Assembly (NCBI GenBank): GCA_965198225.1
Contig: CBDAOY010000009.1
Location: forward strand, 1,120,001 to 1,184,000
Reading direction: 5' to 3'
Length of the DNA: 64,000 nt
Source: Terriglobia bacterium
GTDB taxonomy: Bacteria; Acidobacteriota; Terriglobia; 20CM-2-55-15
Of the stretch, positions 19,675 through 30,011 are shown one piece after another. Both the position numbers and the translations under genes were made by a program. The notes beneath the pieces were generated by a model. It saw only the letters and a program-made list of their open reading frames with translations, was not told the origin of the DNA and did not search any database. Position 1 is the stretch's first letter, and each line of letters begins with the position of its first letter.

Positions 19675-20730
19675 CTATGAAACCCGGCGCGCATTGGTGT
19701 TGAGGAGGCTGCGGACCACTTCCCCAAGGCGGGCCGGATAGCGACACGCGTTGACGGCGGGCCGGTTGAACTGCGCTTCCAGGTACTCTACGCCGACCAG
19801 GCTGTCGGTCACCGGGCCGGAGAACAGGTCGATGTGGATGCCGTGGTCCGAGAGATACCGATGGCCGCCCCATGCACCGGCCAGGTCGCTGGCGCAGAAC
19901 AGGTGCAGGCGCATCGCCCGGCGAATCACGGGGTCCTTCAGCAGATCCAGAACGCCGTAGTCACCGATCACTCCGTCCCCCAGCTCCACAACGATCAGGT
20001 CCGGGGAGTATGAGGCAAGATGGGTAACGAGGGTTCCGGCGATGTCGGCGCGAGCGGCCTGATCAAGCCCGGCCGTCGACGGGTACCCGGCATCCAGGAA
20101 CGATGCCGTTCCGATGGCTCCGTGGCCTTTCATGGCGATCAGGTCTCTCAAACAAGCGACCCCGGTCAGTTTCGCGGCCGCCACGCGGAAGCCCGCTCCC
20201 GACAACTCGCGAACCAACTCCGTAACCAGCCGTGTCTTTCCACTCTCCATGGACGTGCCGGACACGACAACCAGGGGCGGCATCCGGAGACCATCGCTGT
20301 CGAGGGCTGGCCCGACCCGGGCGTCCTGAAGATTAGGGATCCTGGCGTGAATGAATGGCATGCCGATCACTTCACAGGCGAGGGGGGAGCCCAGTTGCTG
20401 GTGCTCCCTCGCCCGGGCGCCGACGACGCCACCCCGGTTCAGAATCGCCAGGACGTCGCCGACGCTGACTCTCTGGGGTACTTCGCCGTCGAAGCCCCTC
20501 AGCGCCCGCCGGCAGCCGAGTGCGCCGACGACGACGTCGCCCTCCAGGATGCGCACCAGGTTTCCGTTCGAAAGCTCCAGCTCCTCCGACCTCGAACGCT
20601 GTCCGAGTACCCGGACCACGATGGGGTTGCCCGTCCGGGCTTCGAGGTGAGTCGTGATCGGGAGCTCGGATCCCAGGTTCAGGCGATGAACCACCGAGGC
20701 GATCTTGTCAACCTGCACGGTTTGCAGCAT
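19675..20730 (-). CDS. uncharacterised DUF1611-like P-loop protein inside the arg operon
   Basis: Walker-A-like VVSGTSMESGKT, AAAKLTGVAC, IVVELGDG; overlaps the argG stop. Confidence 0.7.
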   Translation of the reverse strand: MLQTVQVDKIASVVHRLNLGSELPITTHLEARTGNPIVVRVLGQRSRSEELELSNGNLVRILEGDVVVGALGCRRALRGFDGEVPQRVSVGDVLAILNRGGVVGARAREHQQLGSPLACEVIGMPFIHARIPNLQDARVGPALDSDGLRMPPLVVVSGTSMESGKTRLVTELVRELSGAGFRVAAAKLTGVACLRDLIAMKGHGAIGTASFLDAGYPSTAGLDQAARADIAGTLVTHLASYSPDLIVVELGDGVIGDYGVLDLLKDPVIRRAMRLHLFCASDLAGAWGGHRYLSDHGIHIDLFSGPVTDSLVGVEYLEAQFNRPAVNACRYPARLGEVVRSLLNTNARRVS

Positions 20731-21946
20731 TTAGGCCTTGCTCCTTGAGATCGCGATCCTCGACGCCGCGGTGAAGCCGTGACGGCACCGCGGCAATGGT
20801 GCTGTACCCTCTCGCGTCTTGCCCGCTCCAGAGGGTCGGCATCTCACCGTAGATACCGCTCTCGGCTCCGACCAGGGTATTGGGGCTGCGGACTCCCGTG
20901 ATCCCAAAGTGTCTGTGGGTCATCGACACGCGGGCCTCACCCGAAACCCGTTCCTGCGACCGGTCGATCAGGGCTTCGATGTCGCCCAGGGCGGGCTCGA
21001 ACGCGAGGCCCTCGTGGAGCATCTTTCCGTAGAACTCCCCGAGGTGATCCTTCCAGAACCGCTGCCACGATGTCGTTGTGATTTTCTCCAGCTCCCGGTG
21101 GGCATGGATGAGCACGAGTGCGGCCCCCGCTTCGAAGGCGATACGTCCCTTGATGCCCAGGACGGTGTCTCCGATGTGAATGCCCAGGCCGACCCGGTGC
21201 CGGCGGCAGAGGGTTCCCAGGGTCGTGATCAGTTCAGGGCCGTTGTATTCGGTGCCGTCGAGCGTCACCGGAACCCCGTGATCGAACCCGATCACGGTCT
21301 CTTCGCCGTCGACGCTTCCACCGTTTCCGGCGGCGTGCTCATAGACGTGATCGGGAATGGCCTCCCAGGGATCGTGGGTTTCGCCGCCGCCGATCGTGCT
21401 GCCCCAGAGGCCGGCGTTGATCGAATAGCGCCGCGATGAGGCCTGGATTTCGACGCCGTGATCCCGGAGATAGGCATACTCCTCATCCCGGCTCAGTTTC
21501 TGATCGCGCACGGGCGTGATGATTTCCAGTTGCGGGCACAGCACGTGGAAAGCGACGTCGAAACGTACCTGGTCGTTGCCTGCGCCAGTCGAGCCGTGGG
21601 CCACCGCGTCAGCCCGCGCCTCGAGGGCATGTTCGGCGACGACTCGGGCCTGCACGACGCGTTCGGCGGCGACCGCCAGGGGATACACCTGGCCGCGCAG
21701 GATGTTGCCTTTGATCAGGTAGCTGATATAGCGGTCGAAGACCTCCTGCCGCGCGTCCACGGTATGGTGGGACGCCACCCCGAGCGCCATCGATCGTTCC
21801 TCCAGCCCGAGGAGCTCTTCTTTCTCGAAGCCACCCGTATCGACCGTGACCGTCACAACGTCGAAACCACGTTCGATGAGGTTCAGGATGCAGTAGGAGG
21901 TGTCGAGCCCTCCCGAATACGCGAGAACGACCTTCTTGCTGGACAT
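20708..21946 (-). CDS. argG: argininosuccinate synthase
   Basis: VVLAYSGGLDTS, AHGSTGAGNDQVRF, GIKGRIAFE. Confidence 0.96.
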   Translation of the reverse strand: MSSKKVVLAYSGGLDTSYCILNLIERGFDVVTVTVDTGGFEKEELLGLEERSMALGVASHHTVDARQEVFDRYISYLIKGNILRGQVYPLAVAAERVVQARVVAEHALEARADAVAHGSTGAGNDQVRFDVAFHVLCPQLEIITPVRDQKLSRDEEYAYLRDHGVEIQASSRRYSINAGLWGSTIGGGETHDPWEAIPDHVYEHAAGNGGSVDGEETVIGFDHGVPVTLDGTEYNGPELITTLGTLCRRHRVGLGIHIGDTVLGIKGRIAFEAGAALVLIHAHRELEKITTTSWQRFWKDHLGEFYGKMLHEGLAFEPALGDIEALIDRSQERVSGEARVSMTHRHFGITGVRSPNTLVGAESGIYGEMPTLWSGQDARGYSTIAAVPSRLHRGVEDRDLKEQGLNAANRAG

Positions 21947-21957
21947 GGGTACCTCTC

Positions 21958-23382
21958 TTACCCTTCGGAAGTGGTCGCGGGCACCGCGGCCGATAGCATC
22001 TTTTCCTCGCGCAGCCGCTTTGTGATGTCGCGAAGACGCACGATCTCGGCCCGGACGCGGCGCGGCGCGGTACCTCCCACGACGTCTTTGTTCTCCAGGG
22101 CCGCGGTGACAGACAGCGCATCAAATAGATCGACGTCGAATGCTCGATGGATCGCCCGATACTCCTCGATGGACAGGCTCGCTAGAGATGTTCCCCGGCT
22201 CTGGGCCGTCCGGACCGCCTCGGCGCTCCGCTCATGTGCCTGGCGAAACGGCACTCCCTTGCGGGTCAAGTAGTCGGCCACGCTGATCGCGTCGATGTGC
22301 CCACCTTCCAGTGCCGCGGTTGCGCTCCGGCGGTTCACGACAAGAGTCCCGACGATAGTATCGAACACCGGTATGATCAGGTTCACGGTATCGGCCGCGT
22401 CGAAGGTCCCTTCCTTGTCTTCCTGAAGATCCTTGTTGTAAGAGAGCGGCAAGCCTTTCAGCGTGGTCACGAGCGCGACCAGGTGCCCGAGCGTGCGTCC
22501 GCACTTGGCACGCCCCAGCTCGCAGGCGTCGGGGTTCTTCTTCTGCGGCAGCATGGAACTGCCCGAGGCCACAGATTCGTCCAGCTCGACGAATCCGAAC
22601 TCGCTCGAAGACCACAGGATGAGATCCTCGCCCAGGCGCGACACGTGGACCAGAAACAGGACGCAGGCATGCAGGAAGTCGCACGCAAAGTCTCTGTCAC
22701 TGACCGCATCCAGCGAATTGTGAGTCATCCGCGCGAAACCGAGACGCCGCTGGAGATCGTCCCGGTCGATGCCAAACTGATTGCCGGCGCACGCCCCCGA
22801 TCCCAGTGGGCACGAGTCCGCTTGATCGGCCGCCCAGGTGAATCGTCCGTGGTCGCGCAGAAACATCTCCGCGTAGGCGAGCAGGTGATGGGCAAACAGG
22901 ACCGGCTGTCCGCGCTGGAGGTGTGTGTAGGCCGGAATCACGACGTCGAAGTTGAGTTCGGCTTGATCGACGAGGGCGTCGATCAGCGACAGGAGGTCGC
23001 GCGCGATTCCCTCCGACTGGTCCCGCAGGTGGAGGCGCAGGTCCGTCGCGACCTGGTCATTGCGGCTGCGGCCGGTGTGGAGCCTCGCCGCAGGTTCACC
23101 CACCAGCTCCGTCAGACGGCCTTCGATGTTCATGTGGATGTCTTCCAGTTCTTCGGAAAACACGAACTGCCCGGACTCTATCTCCAGTTGGACCTGTTCG
23201 AGGCCCTCGCCGATCCTCCGGCTGTCCTCGTCGGAGATGAGGCCGCTCCGGCACAGTGCGTCGTTCCAGGCGCGACTGGATTCGATGTCCTCCTGGAAGA
23301 GCCGTCGGTCAAAACCGATGCTCGCGTTCAGGCTCCGAAACGAGGCGTCCATGGGTTTGGAGAAACGCGCGCTTCGCTTCAC
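21958..23382 (-). CDS. argH: argininosuccinate lyase
   Basis: LHTGRSRNDQVATD, YTHLQRGQP, GSSMLPQKKNPD, YNKDLQEDK; GTGA overlap with argB. Confidence 0.97.
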   Translation of the reverse strand: MKRSARFSKPMDASFRSLNASIGFDRRLFQEDIESSRAWNDALCRSGLISDEDSRRIGEGLEQVQLEIESGQFVFSEELEDIHMNIEGRLTELVGEPAARLHTGRSRNDQVATDLRLHLRDQSEGIARDLLSLIDALVDQAELNFDVVIPAYTHLQRGQPVLFAHHLLAYAEMFLRDHGRFTWAADQADSCPLGSGACAGNQFGIDRDDLQRRLGFARMTHNSLDAVSDRDFACDFLHACVLFLVHVSRLGEDLILWSSSEFGFVELDESVASGSSMLPQKKNPDACELGRAKCGRTLGHLVALVTTLKGLPLSYNKDLQEDKEGTFDAADTVNLIIPVFDTIVGTLVVNRRSATAALEGGHIDAISVADYLTRKGVPFRQAHERSAEAVRTAQSRGTSLASLSIEEYRAIHRAFDVDLFDALSVTAALENKDVVGGTAPRRVRAEIVRLRDITKRLREEKMLSAAVPATTSEG

Positions 23383-24290
23383 AGCGACCCCTCGAGGACG
23401 GAGACGGGCCTGCCCGACACGGGCAGAACGAGCGTGCCCTGGCTGCCCGGTTCACACGCTTCCCGCAGCAGGGCGTGTGGCGACTGGCCGTCGATGAGGT
23501 GAGCACTCCGGGTTCCACCCTCCAGGGCCCGGACCATGGTAGTCAACTTGGGGATCATGCCGCCGCGCACGACTCCCGCTTCGATCAGCGCCTGGATGGC
23601 ATCGAGCGTGACTTCCGCGATCCGGCTGTTGCGGTCCTCGCGATCACGGAGGATTCCCGGGACGTCGGAGAGGACCAGCAGTTTGTCGGCCCTCAGGCTG
23701 ATGGCGATCTCCGACGCGACCGTATCGGCGTTGATGTTGAAGACGTTTCCATCGAGATCCGCACCAAGCGGGGAAATCACCGGAACGAATTGACGATCCA
23801 AGAGGTGTCCGAGTAGCTCCCGGTCCACCCTGCGAACGTCGCCGACGTTCTGGAAGTCGACCAGTTCGCGTTCGCCGCTCTCTCGATCGATCATCCAGCG
23901 AGGCGGACGGCGCGTCGCGTCGATCAGGTTTCCGTCCACGCCCGACAGGCCTACGCCGGGCACACCCTGTCGACGGAGCGCAGCGACGAGGTCAGTGGAA
24001 ATTCGGCCGGCGAACACCATCTTTGCGAGCTCCAGCGTCTCGGTGTCGGTGACCCTCCGGCCGTTCACTGTTGTGCTTCCGATGCCCAGGCGATCCGCCC
24101 ACCCCTCCAACTGCGGTCCTCCGCCGTGGACGATGACAAGGCTGATGCCTGCGTCACGAAGCAGGGAGATGTCCGAAGCGAACCCCTCGATGACCGGCGC
24201 ATCCTTGAGCAGTTCGCCACCGATCTTGACCACAAACTGGCTGTCTCTGTAGATGCGCAGATCCTCGAATGACAGAACGCCCGCGTTCAT
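23379..24290 (-). CDS. argB: acetylglutamate kinase
   Basis: VVKIGG, VHGGGPQ, GRRVTD, NINAD, GGMIPK; no fused GNAT domain. Confidence 0.95.
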   Translation of the reverse strand: MNAGVLSFEDLRIYRDSQFVVKIGGELLKDAPVIEGFASDISLLRDAGISLVIVHGGGPQLEGWADRLGIGSTTVNGRRVTDTETLELAKMVFAGRISTDLVAALRRQGVPGVGLSGVDGNLIDATRRPPRWMIDRESGERELVDFQNVGDVRRVDRELLGHLLDRQFVPVISPLGADLDGNVFNINADTVASEIAISLRADKLLVLSDVPGILRDREDRNSRIAEVTLDAIQALIEAGVVRGGMIPKLTTMVRALEGGTRSAHLIDGQSPHALLREACEPGSQGTLVLPVSGRPVSVLEGSL

Positions 24291-24308
24291 GGACGGCCCT
24301 CGGTTATA

Positions 24309-24346
24309 TGTGAATATATATGCATATAGAAGCATAAGTATGCATT
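24309..24346. promoter_or_regulatory. tandem ARG boxes (ArgR operator) in the divergent argB/argR region
   Basis: TGAATATATATGCA (24311-24324) and AGCATAAGTATGCA (24331-24344), 20-bp period; AT-rich island in GC-rich DNA. Confidence 0.8.
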
Positions 24347-24366
24347 CATTTGGGGTCTCGCGTCAA
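24337..24366 (-). promoter_or_regulatory. putative argB operon promoter
   Basis: Minus strand TTGACG(24366-24361)-N18-CATACT(24342-24337); the -10 overlaps ARG box 2. Confidence 0.55.
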
Positions 24367-24373
24367 CCCTCCT

Positions 24374-24382
24374 TGTTATAAT
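24374..24382 (+). promoter_or_regulatory. extended -10 promoter of argR
   Basis: TGnTATAAT 12 nt upstream of the argR ATG. Confidence 0.55.
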
Positions 24383-24394
24383 TCCAGCGACACG

Positions 24395-24841
24395 ATGAGC
24401 ATCAAGAGACTGCGCCACAACGCGATTGTCGAGCTGGTCAAGGCCGGGAGTGTGGAGAGTCAGGAAGGACTCGCACGTGAGCTGCGCCGAATGGGCATGA
24501 ACGTGTCGCAGTCGACCCTTTCGCGGGACATCCGCGAGCTGGGCCTCGCGAAATCCGGTCGCGTCTACACGGTGACTCCGACGAACACCCGGGGCGGATC
24601 CAACCCCACGCTGCGGAGGATCCTCGATGAGTTTCTCCTTCAGGTGGACTCGGTGCAGCAAACACTCGTCCTGAAGACCCGGCCAGGCAATGCGGCAACC
24701 GTGGCTCAGGCAATCGACGACGCCGAGTGGCCCGAAATCGCCGGTACAATAGCCGGAGAAGACACCATCTTCGCGTTATGCCGTTCGAAGGGTGACGTCG
24801 GGCGCCTGCAGGAGAGGATCAGGAAGCTTCTGACCCAATAG
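24395..24841 (+). CDS. argR: arginine repressor
   Basis: SQSTLSRDIRELG wHTH, LKTRPGNA, AGTIAGEDTIF. Confidence 0.96.
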   Translation: MSIKRLRHNAIVELVKAGSVESQEGLARELRRMGMNVSQSTLSRDIRELGLAKSGRVYTVTPTNTRGGSNPTLRRILDEFLLQVDSVQQTLVLKTRPGNAATVAQAIDDAEWPEIAGTIAGEDTIFALCRSKGDVGRLQERIRKLLTQ

Positions 24842-24853
24842 GTGCCGCTGCTG

Positions 24854-25040
24854 CTAGTGGCCTGTAACGGAGACATCGGTACCAGCGTTCCGCCGCAACC
24901 CTCCGGGCCGATGGGGGTTGGGGTCGATCTCTTTGTCGTTCGTCGTCATGATGAAACCGCATCAATTCCTCCTCTCTCCTCGACCTCGACTGGCAAGACC
25001 CATCGGCGATGGTGCCGCTATCTCCGTTACAGGCCACTGG
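24854..25040. mobile_element. MITE copy 2 (inverted orientation, module A only)
   Basis: Ends CTAGTGGCCTGTAACGGAGA...TCTCCGTTACAGGCCACTGG; interior is the reverse complement of the left part of copy 1. Confidence 0.8.
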
Positions 25041-25202
25041 CGTCCCTTGCTATCCAAAGCTTTATCGAGTGTCACAACCCATGTAAGATATTCTTTCTAA
25101 ACCGCGAAGAATCGCTGAAAGCGAACGGGTCCCGGGACCGCTGAGGGCGTATTGCCCGCCTCGGCTCGGAGTTTTTCGCGTGATTCAACACTCGAGGTGG
25201 CG

Positions 25203-27425
25203 ATGGTCGGATTATCTGTTGGATTCGTTTCTCAAAAGCGTGCGCTGTCTCTCCTGATTCTTTTCTGCGTTCTCGTCCCAGGAGCTGCTGCCGACGATTG
25301 GACGGAACTACGCGGCCCGAACCGCGACGGCGTTTCGGCAGAGAGTGGCCTGCCCGACAGCTGGTCTCTGGACGGCGACAACCTACTCTGGCGTGTCCCA
25401 TACGGAGGACTTTCCGGCCCGGTTGTCCTCGGCGATCGGGTCTACCTGCAGAACTCGGTCGGCGAGGGCGCCACGATTCAGGAGCGCGTCCTCTCCTTCG
25501 ACGCCGACAGCGGGGAACTGCTCTGGGAACAGCGCCTCAACATCACACACAGCGACGCGCCCTCACACCGGGCCGGCTGGGCGACGCCCGGGCTGGATGC
25601 GGAAACCGGCAACGTTTACATCATCACGGCCGACGCGACGCTCGCCGCTTACTCCCGGGAAGGCGATCCGGTTTGGCGGCGCCAGCTGACTGAAGAGTTC
25701 GGTTTCCTGACCACGCACGGCGGGCGGGTCACATCGCCGATGGTCGACGGCGATTTCGTGATCGTCGCGGGCATCACCTTCAACTGGGGCGAGTTTGCGG
25801 GCGGCGGCCAGCGGTTCATGACGTTCGACAAGCGGACCGGCGAAACCGTCTGGGTCAGCTCGCCGGGCCAGCGACCGTACGACACGACCTATTCGCCCCC
25901 GATGATTACCGAAATCGACGGAGTGCGCCTGATCGTGGCCGGGGGCAGCGATGGAGCCTGGTATGCGATCCGCGCGTCGACCGGCGAGCGTGTCTGGCGG
26001 TATGCCGTGTCCAAACGCGGCCTCAACACGGGTGCGATCCGCGTTGGCGACAACCTGATCCTCTCCCACAGCGAGGAAAACCTTGAGACCAGCACGATGG
26101 GTTTCCGGGCGTCTCTCGACCTCAGGAGCGCGGGTGAGGTCACCGACAGCGACACCAACTGGCTGCATCGGGGCTTTCTCGCCGGCTATGCCTCGCCGGT
26201 TACCGATGGCGAGCGGATCTACCAGGTCGACAACGGGGCGATGCTCGGAGCTTTCGATATCGACACAGGCGAAGAACTGTGGTCGCTGAAGCTCGGGACG
26301 ATCCAGAAAGCCGCCCTTGTGTATGCCGACGGCAAGCTCTACGTCGGGACGGCGAACAGCAAGTTCTACATCCTGCGGCCCGGTCCCGATGGATGCGAGA
26401 TCCTGAGCGAGGTCGAGGTCGGAAACCCGGACAACCCCGAACAGGTTACCGCCGGCGCGGCTGTTTCGAACGGCCGCGTGTATTTCTCGACCGCACAGGC
26501 CCTCTACGCGATCGGCAGCCCCGATAGTCAGGCGCCCACTTGGACGCCTCATGCACCGGCCAGGGCGACAACCACGGCGGGAGCGCCCGCGACGATGCTG
26601 GTCGTCCCTGGTGATGTCACGGTGTCGCCGGGCGAGAGCGTCGACTTCCATGTCCGTCTCTTCGATGCGAAGGGCAACTACGCCGGTGAGAGCGAAGCCG
26701 AATGGTCGCTCGATAGCCTGGGCGGTGCGATCTCTCCCGACGGTACCTACACGGCTCTGGACGAAGCACAGGGTTTTGCGGGCAAGGTCCGGGCCACCGC
26801 CGGCGGCATCAGCGGCGAGGCTCGCGTTCGGGTCATCCCGCCCCTGGACTGGGGTACCAATTTCGACGATTTTGACGTCGGAGGATTGCCGGCCTGGTGG
26901 CTGAACACGCGGCTCAAGTACTCCGTGACGGAGCTCGATGGCAATAAGGTGTTCACGAAGCGCGCCGACAACCCGTTCTCTTTCATCCGACGCGCCCGCA
27001 CGTACGGGGGGCAGCACACCGCGTCCAACTACACGACCGAGGCGGAATTGAGGTTTGCCATGAGGCGCCGAACCATGGGCGACGGCGGAATCGTCGCCCA
27101 GGGTTACCAGCTCGTGATCTTCGGAAACCACCAGCGCCTCGAGCTCCATTCGTGGCAGCCCGAGACCGAGCGCACGGTAACGGCTCCGATGAGGATCGAC
27201 GCCGATACCTGGTACCACATGAAACTGGAGGTCCAGACTCTGTCCGACGGATCGGTACGGGCTCGCGGCAAGGCGTGGCCAAACAGCGAGTCGGAGCCGG
27301 CGGACTGGACCCTGGAACGCATCGATCCGCCCGGCTTGGGTATTCTTACTGGGGCGCCGGGTCTCTACGGCGACGGCCGCAACGAAATCTACTTCGACAA
27401 TTTCAAGGTAACTCCCAGCCGATGA
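25203..27425 (+). CDS. exported PQQ-like beta-propeller with C-terminal Ig-like and lectin-like (ConA-type) domains
   Basis: Signal peptide then DWTELRGPNRDG; repeated 'D..TGE.lW' blades; tail ending GAPGLYG...IYFDNFKV. Confidence 0.8.
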   Translation: MVGLSVGFVSQKRALSLLILFCVLVPGAAADDWTELRGPNRDGVSAESGLPDSWSLDGDNLLWRVPYGGLSGPVVLGDRVYLQNSVGEGATIQERVLSFDADSGELLWEQRLNITHSDAPSHRAGWATPGLDAETGNVYIITADATLAAYSREGDPVWRRQLTEEFGFLTTHGGRVTSPMVDGDFVIVAGITFNWGEFAGGGQRFMTFDKRTGETVWVSSPGQRPYDTTYSPPMITEIDGVRLIVAGGSDGAWYAIRASTGERVWRYAVSKRGLNTGAIRVGDNLILSHSEENLETSTMGFRASLDLRSAGEVTDSDTNWLHRGFLAGYASPVTDGERIYQVDNGAMLGAFDIDTGEELWSLKLGTIQKAALVYADGKLYVGTANSKFYILRPGPDGCEILSEVEVGNPDNPEQVTAGAAVSNGRVYFSTAQALYAIGSPDSQAPTWTPHAPARATTTAGAPATMLVVPGDVTVSPGESVDFHVRLFDAKGNYAGESEAEWSLDSLGGAISPDGTYTALDEAQGFAGKVRATAGGISGEARVRVIPPLDWGTNFDDFDVGGLPAWWLNTRLKYSVTELDGNKVFTKRADNPFSFIRRARTYGGQHTASNYTTEAELRFAMRRRTMGDGGIVAQGYQLVIFGNHQRLELHSWQPETERTVTAPMRIDADTWYHMKLEVQTLSDGSVRARGKAWPNSESEPADWTLERIDPPGLGILTGAPGLYGDGRNEIYFDNFKVTPSR

Positions 27426-28882
27426 ACACAAACATGAACAAGAATCGAAAGCGAAGTCGGGTTGTTTCTTACGGACGCTTGTTGGTGCTGTGTCTGACCG
27501 CGCTGCTCCTGGTACAGGAGCGCGTGGCTCCGTCGTCCGAACCTTCGGACCCCGGGACCGGGGACTGGCCGATGTGGGGCGGCACCCCGGACCGCAACAT
27601 GGTTTCCGACATGGAGGGACTTCCCACCGAATGGGACGTCGATACGGGCGAAGGTGTCAAGTGGTCGGCCGAGCTCGGGTCGCAGACCTACGGCAACCCG
27701 GTCGTCGCCGAGGGCATGGTGTTCATCGGGACGAACAACGAGACTCCCCGCGATCCCGAAGTGACCGGCGACAAAGGCATCCTGTACGCTTTCCGGGAGT
27801 CGGACGGCGAGTTCCTTTGGCAGATCGCCTCCGACAAGATGCGGGAAGGCCGCGTCAACGACTGGCCCTACCAGGGTATCTGCTCCTCGCCGCTCATCGA
27901 AGACGGAGTGCTCTACTACACGACGAACCGCAGCGAAGTGGTCGCCGTCAACATCCGTGCGAAGGATGCCGATGGAAAACCCGTTCCCGAGATTCTCTGG
28001 GCGTTCGACATGATGGAGGAACTCGGAAACCATCCGCACAACATGACGAACGCGTCCCCGGTCGTCTACGGAGACCTGTTGTTCATCAATACTGCGAACG
28101 GTCAGGACGAAACCCACGTCAACATCCCGTCGCCCCGGGCGCCGGCGATCGTCGCCCTCAACAAGAAGACGGGCGAGCTCGTCTGGGAAGACGCTTCTCC
28201 GGGCGAGAACATCCTGCATGGACAGTGGTCGACTCCTACGATCGGCGAGATCGGCGGTGTGCTACAGGCGGTCAACGCGCAGGGAGATGGATGGATCCGC
28301 GGTTATGCGGCCGAGACCGGCGATAAGCTCTGGGAGTTCGACACCAACCCGAAAGACTCCGTGTGGCCCCGGACTCGTAACGAGTTGATCTCGACGCCCG
28401 TGATCCATGACGGACTCGTTTACATCGCCAACGGTCAGGACCCGGAACACGGCGAAGGCGTCGGTCACCTCTACGCCATCGATCCGACCAAGCGAGGGGA
28501 CATCACCGAGACCGGGATGGTGTGGCACTACACCGAGATCCGGCGCTCGATCTCGACGCCGTCGATCCGAGACGGCATTCTTTACATTCCCGATTTCAGC
28601 GGATTCGTCCACGCCCTGGACGCGAAGACCGGCGAGCAGATATGGAAGTACGACATGCTGGCCGCGATGTGGGGTTCGACGATGCTGGCCGGCGGAAAGA
28701 TCTATATGGGAGACGAGGACGGCGACCTGATCGTCATGGAAGAAGGCCGGGGGATGAACGTCATCTCGGAGATCAACATGGGCAGTTCGGTGTACTCGAC
28801 CGTCGTGCCAGCGAACGGGGTCCTCTACATCGCCACGCGCAACATGCTCTACGCCATCGACGGAGCGCATGAAGGCCCTTGA
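27422..28882 (+). CDS. exported PQQ-like beta-propeller protein
   Basis: ATGA coupling to the upstream gene; DWPMWGGTPDRN; repeated SxPvv.dG.vy / TGE..W blades. Confidence 0.85.
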   Translation: MNTNMNKNRKRSRVVSYGRLLVLCLTALLLVQERVAPSSEPSDPGTGDWPMWGGTPDRNMVSDMEGLPTEWDVDTGEGVKWSAELGSQTYGNPVVAEGMVFIGTNNETPRDPEVTGDKGILYAFRESDGEFLWQIASDKMREGRVNDWPYQGICSSPLIEDGVLYYTTNRSEVVAVNIRAKDADGKPVPEILWAFDMMEELGNHPHNMTNASPVVYGDLLFINTANGQDETHVNIPSPRAPAIVALNKKTGELVWEDASPGENILHGQWSTPTIGEIGGVLQAVNAQGDGWIRGYAAETGDKLWEFDTNPKDSVWPRTRNELISTPVIHDGLVYIANGQDPEHGEGVGHLYAIDPTKRGDITETGMVWHYTEIRRSISTPSIRDGILYIPDFSGFVHALDAKTGEQIWKYDMLAAMWGSTMLAGGKIYMGDEDGDLIVMEEGRGMNVISEINMGSSVYSTVVPANGVLYIATRNMLYAIDGAHEGP

Positions 28883-30011
28883 GATAGAGCTTCCGACGCG
28901 GGTGCTGTACGGCCCAGGTGCCCTCGATCAAATCGGCGCCCTCGCCCGCGACCTGGGTTTCAACCGCACACTGGTCGTATCCGATCCCGGTATCACCGAA
29001 GCCGGGTATTTTGACCGTGCCGTCCGCCTGCTCGAAGACGCCGGCATCCATGTCGTCGGCTACCACGATTTCAGCGACAACCCGGACTCCGATTCCATCG
29101 AAAAGGGTCGGGCCTTCGTCGAACCCCATGATGTCGATTCGATCGTGGGCCTCGGAGGCGGGAGCTCGATGGACTGCGCCAAAGGCGTCAACTTCCTGCT
29201 GACAAACGGCGGCCGGATGCAGGATTACCGGGGCTACGACAAAGCGTCGCAGCCGATGCTCCCGATGATCGGGGTACCGACAACGGCGGGAACGGGCAGC
29301 GAGGCGCAGAGCTACGCGCTTATTTCCGACGCTGAGACGCATGTGAAGATGGCCTGCGGAGATCCGAAAGCCGCGTTTCGAGTAGCCATCCTCGATCCGG
29401 AATTGACTCTGACCCAGCCGCGGGCCGTCCGGGCCGCAGCCGGGTATGACGCCATTTCACACGTCGTGGAGACACGGGTGACGACGAAGCGGACCGACAC
29501 GTCGGTGAGGTTCACGAGGAAGGCCGCCCCGCTATTGCTGGGGAGTTTCGAGAGTGTGATCGAGCATCCAGACAACATCCAGGCCAACGGAGATATGCTA
29601 CTGGGAGCGTTCTATGCCGGGGCGGCGATCGAACACTCGATGCTCGGCGCGACCCACGCCTGCGCGAACCCGCTCACGGCCCGCTACGGCACCGAGCACG
29701 GAGCTGCGATCGCCCACATGCTGCCGCACGTCGTGAGATGGAACGGGATGGTGTGCGGCGACGAGTACGCCGAGCTGGCGGCCGCCGCCGGTCTGGACTG
29801 CGACCGAGAGCAGGCACCGGAAATACTGGCGCAGCGCCTCGAAGGACTTGCCGTGGTCGGCGGTCTCGACACACGACTCCGGACGGTCGGGATCGAGCCC
29901 GAAGAGCTGCCGGACCTGGCCGCAGCCGCCGCCGAACAATGGACCGGGCAGTTCAACCCGCGTCCGTTCGACGAGATGGGAGCGCTGGAGATCTACGAAT
30001 GCGCGCACTGA
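28869..30011 (+). CDS. iron-containing alcohol dehydrogenase
   Basis: GLGGGSSMDCAK, PTTAGTGSE, DAISH, GATHACANP, EHGAAI. Confidence 0.92.
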   Translation: MKALEIELPTRVLYGPGALDQIGALARDLGFNRTLVVSDPGITEAGYFDRAVRLLEDAGIHVVGYHDFSDNPDSDSIEKGRAFVEPHDVDSIVGLGGGSSMDCAKGVNFLLTNGGRMQDYRGYDKASQPMLPMIGVPTTAGTGSEAQSYALISDAETHVKMACGDPKAAFRVAILDPELTLTQPRAVRAAAGYDAISHVVETRVTTKRTDTSVRFTRKAAPLLLGSFESVIEHPDNIQANGDMLLGAFYAGAAIEHSMLGATHACANPLTARYGTEHGAAIAHMLPHVVRWNGMVCGDEYAELAAAAGLDCDREQAPEILAQRLEGLAVVGGLDTRLRTVGIEPEELPDLAAAAAEQWTGQFNPRPFDEMGALEIYECAH

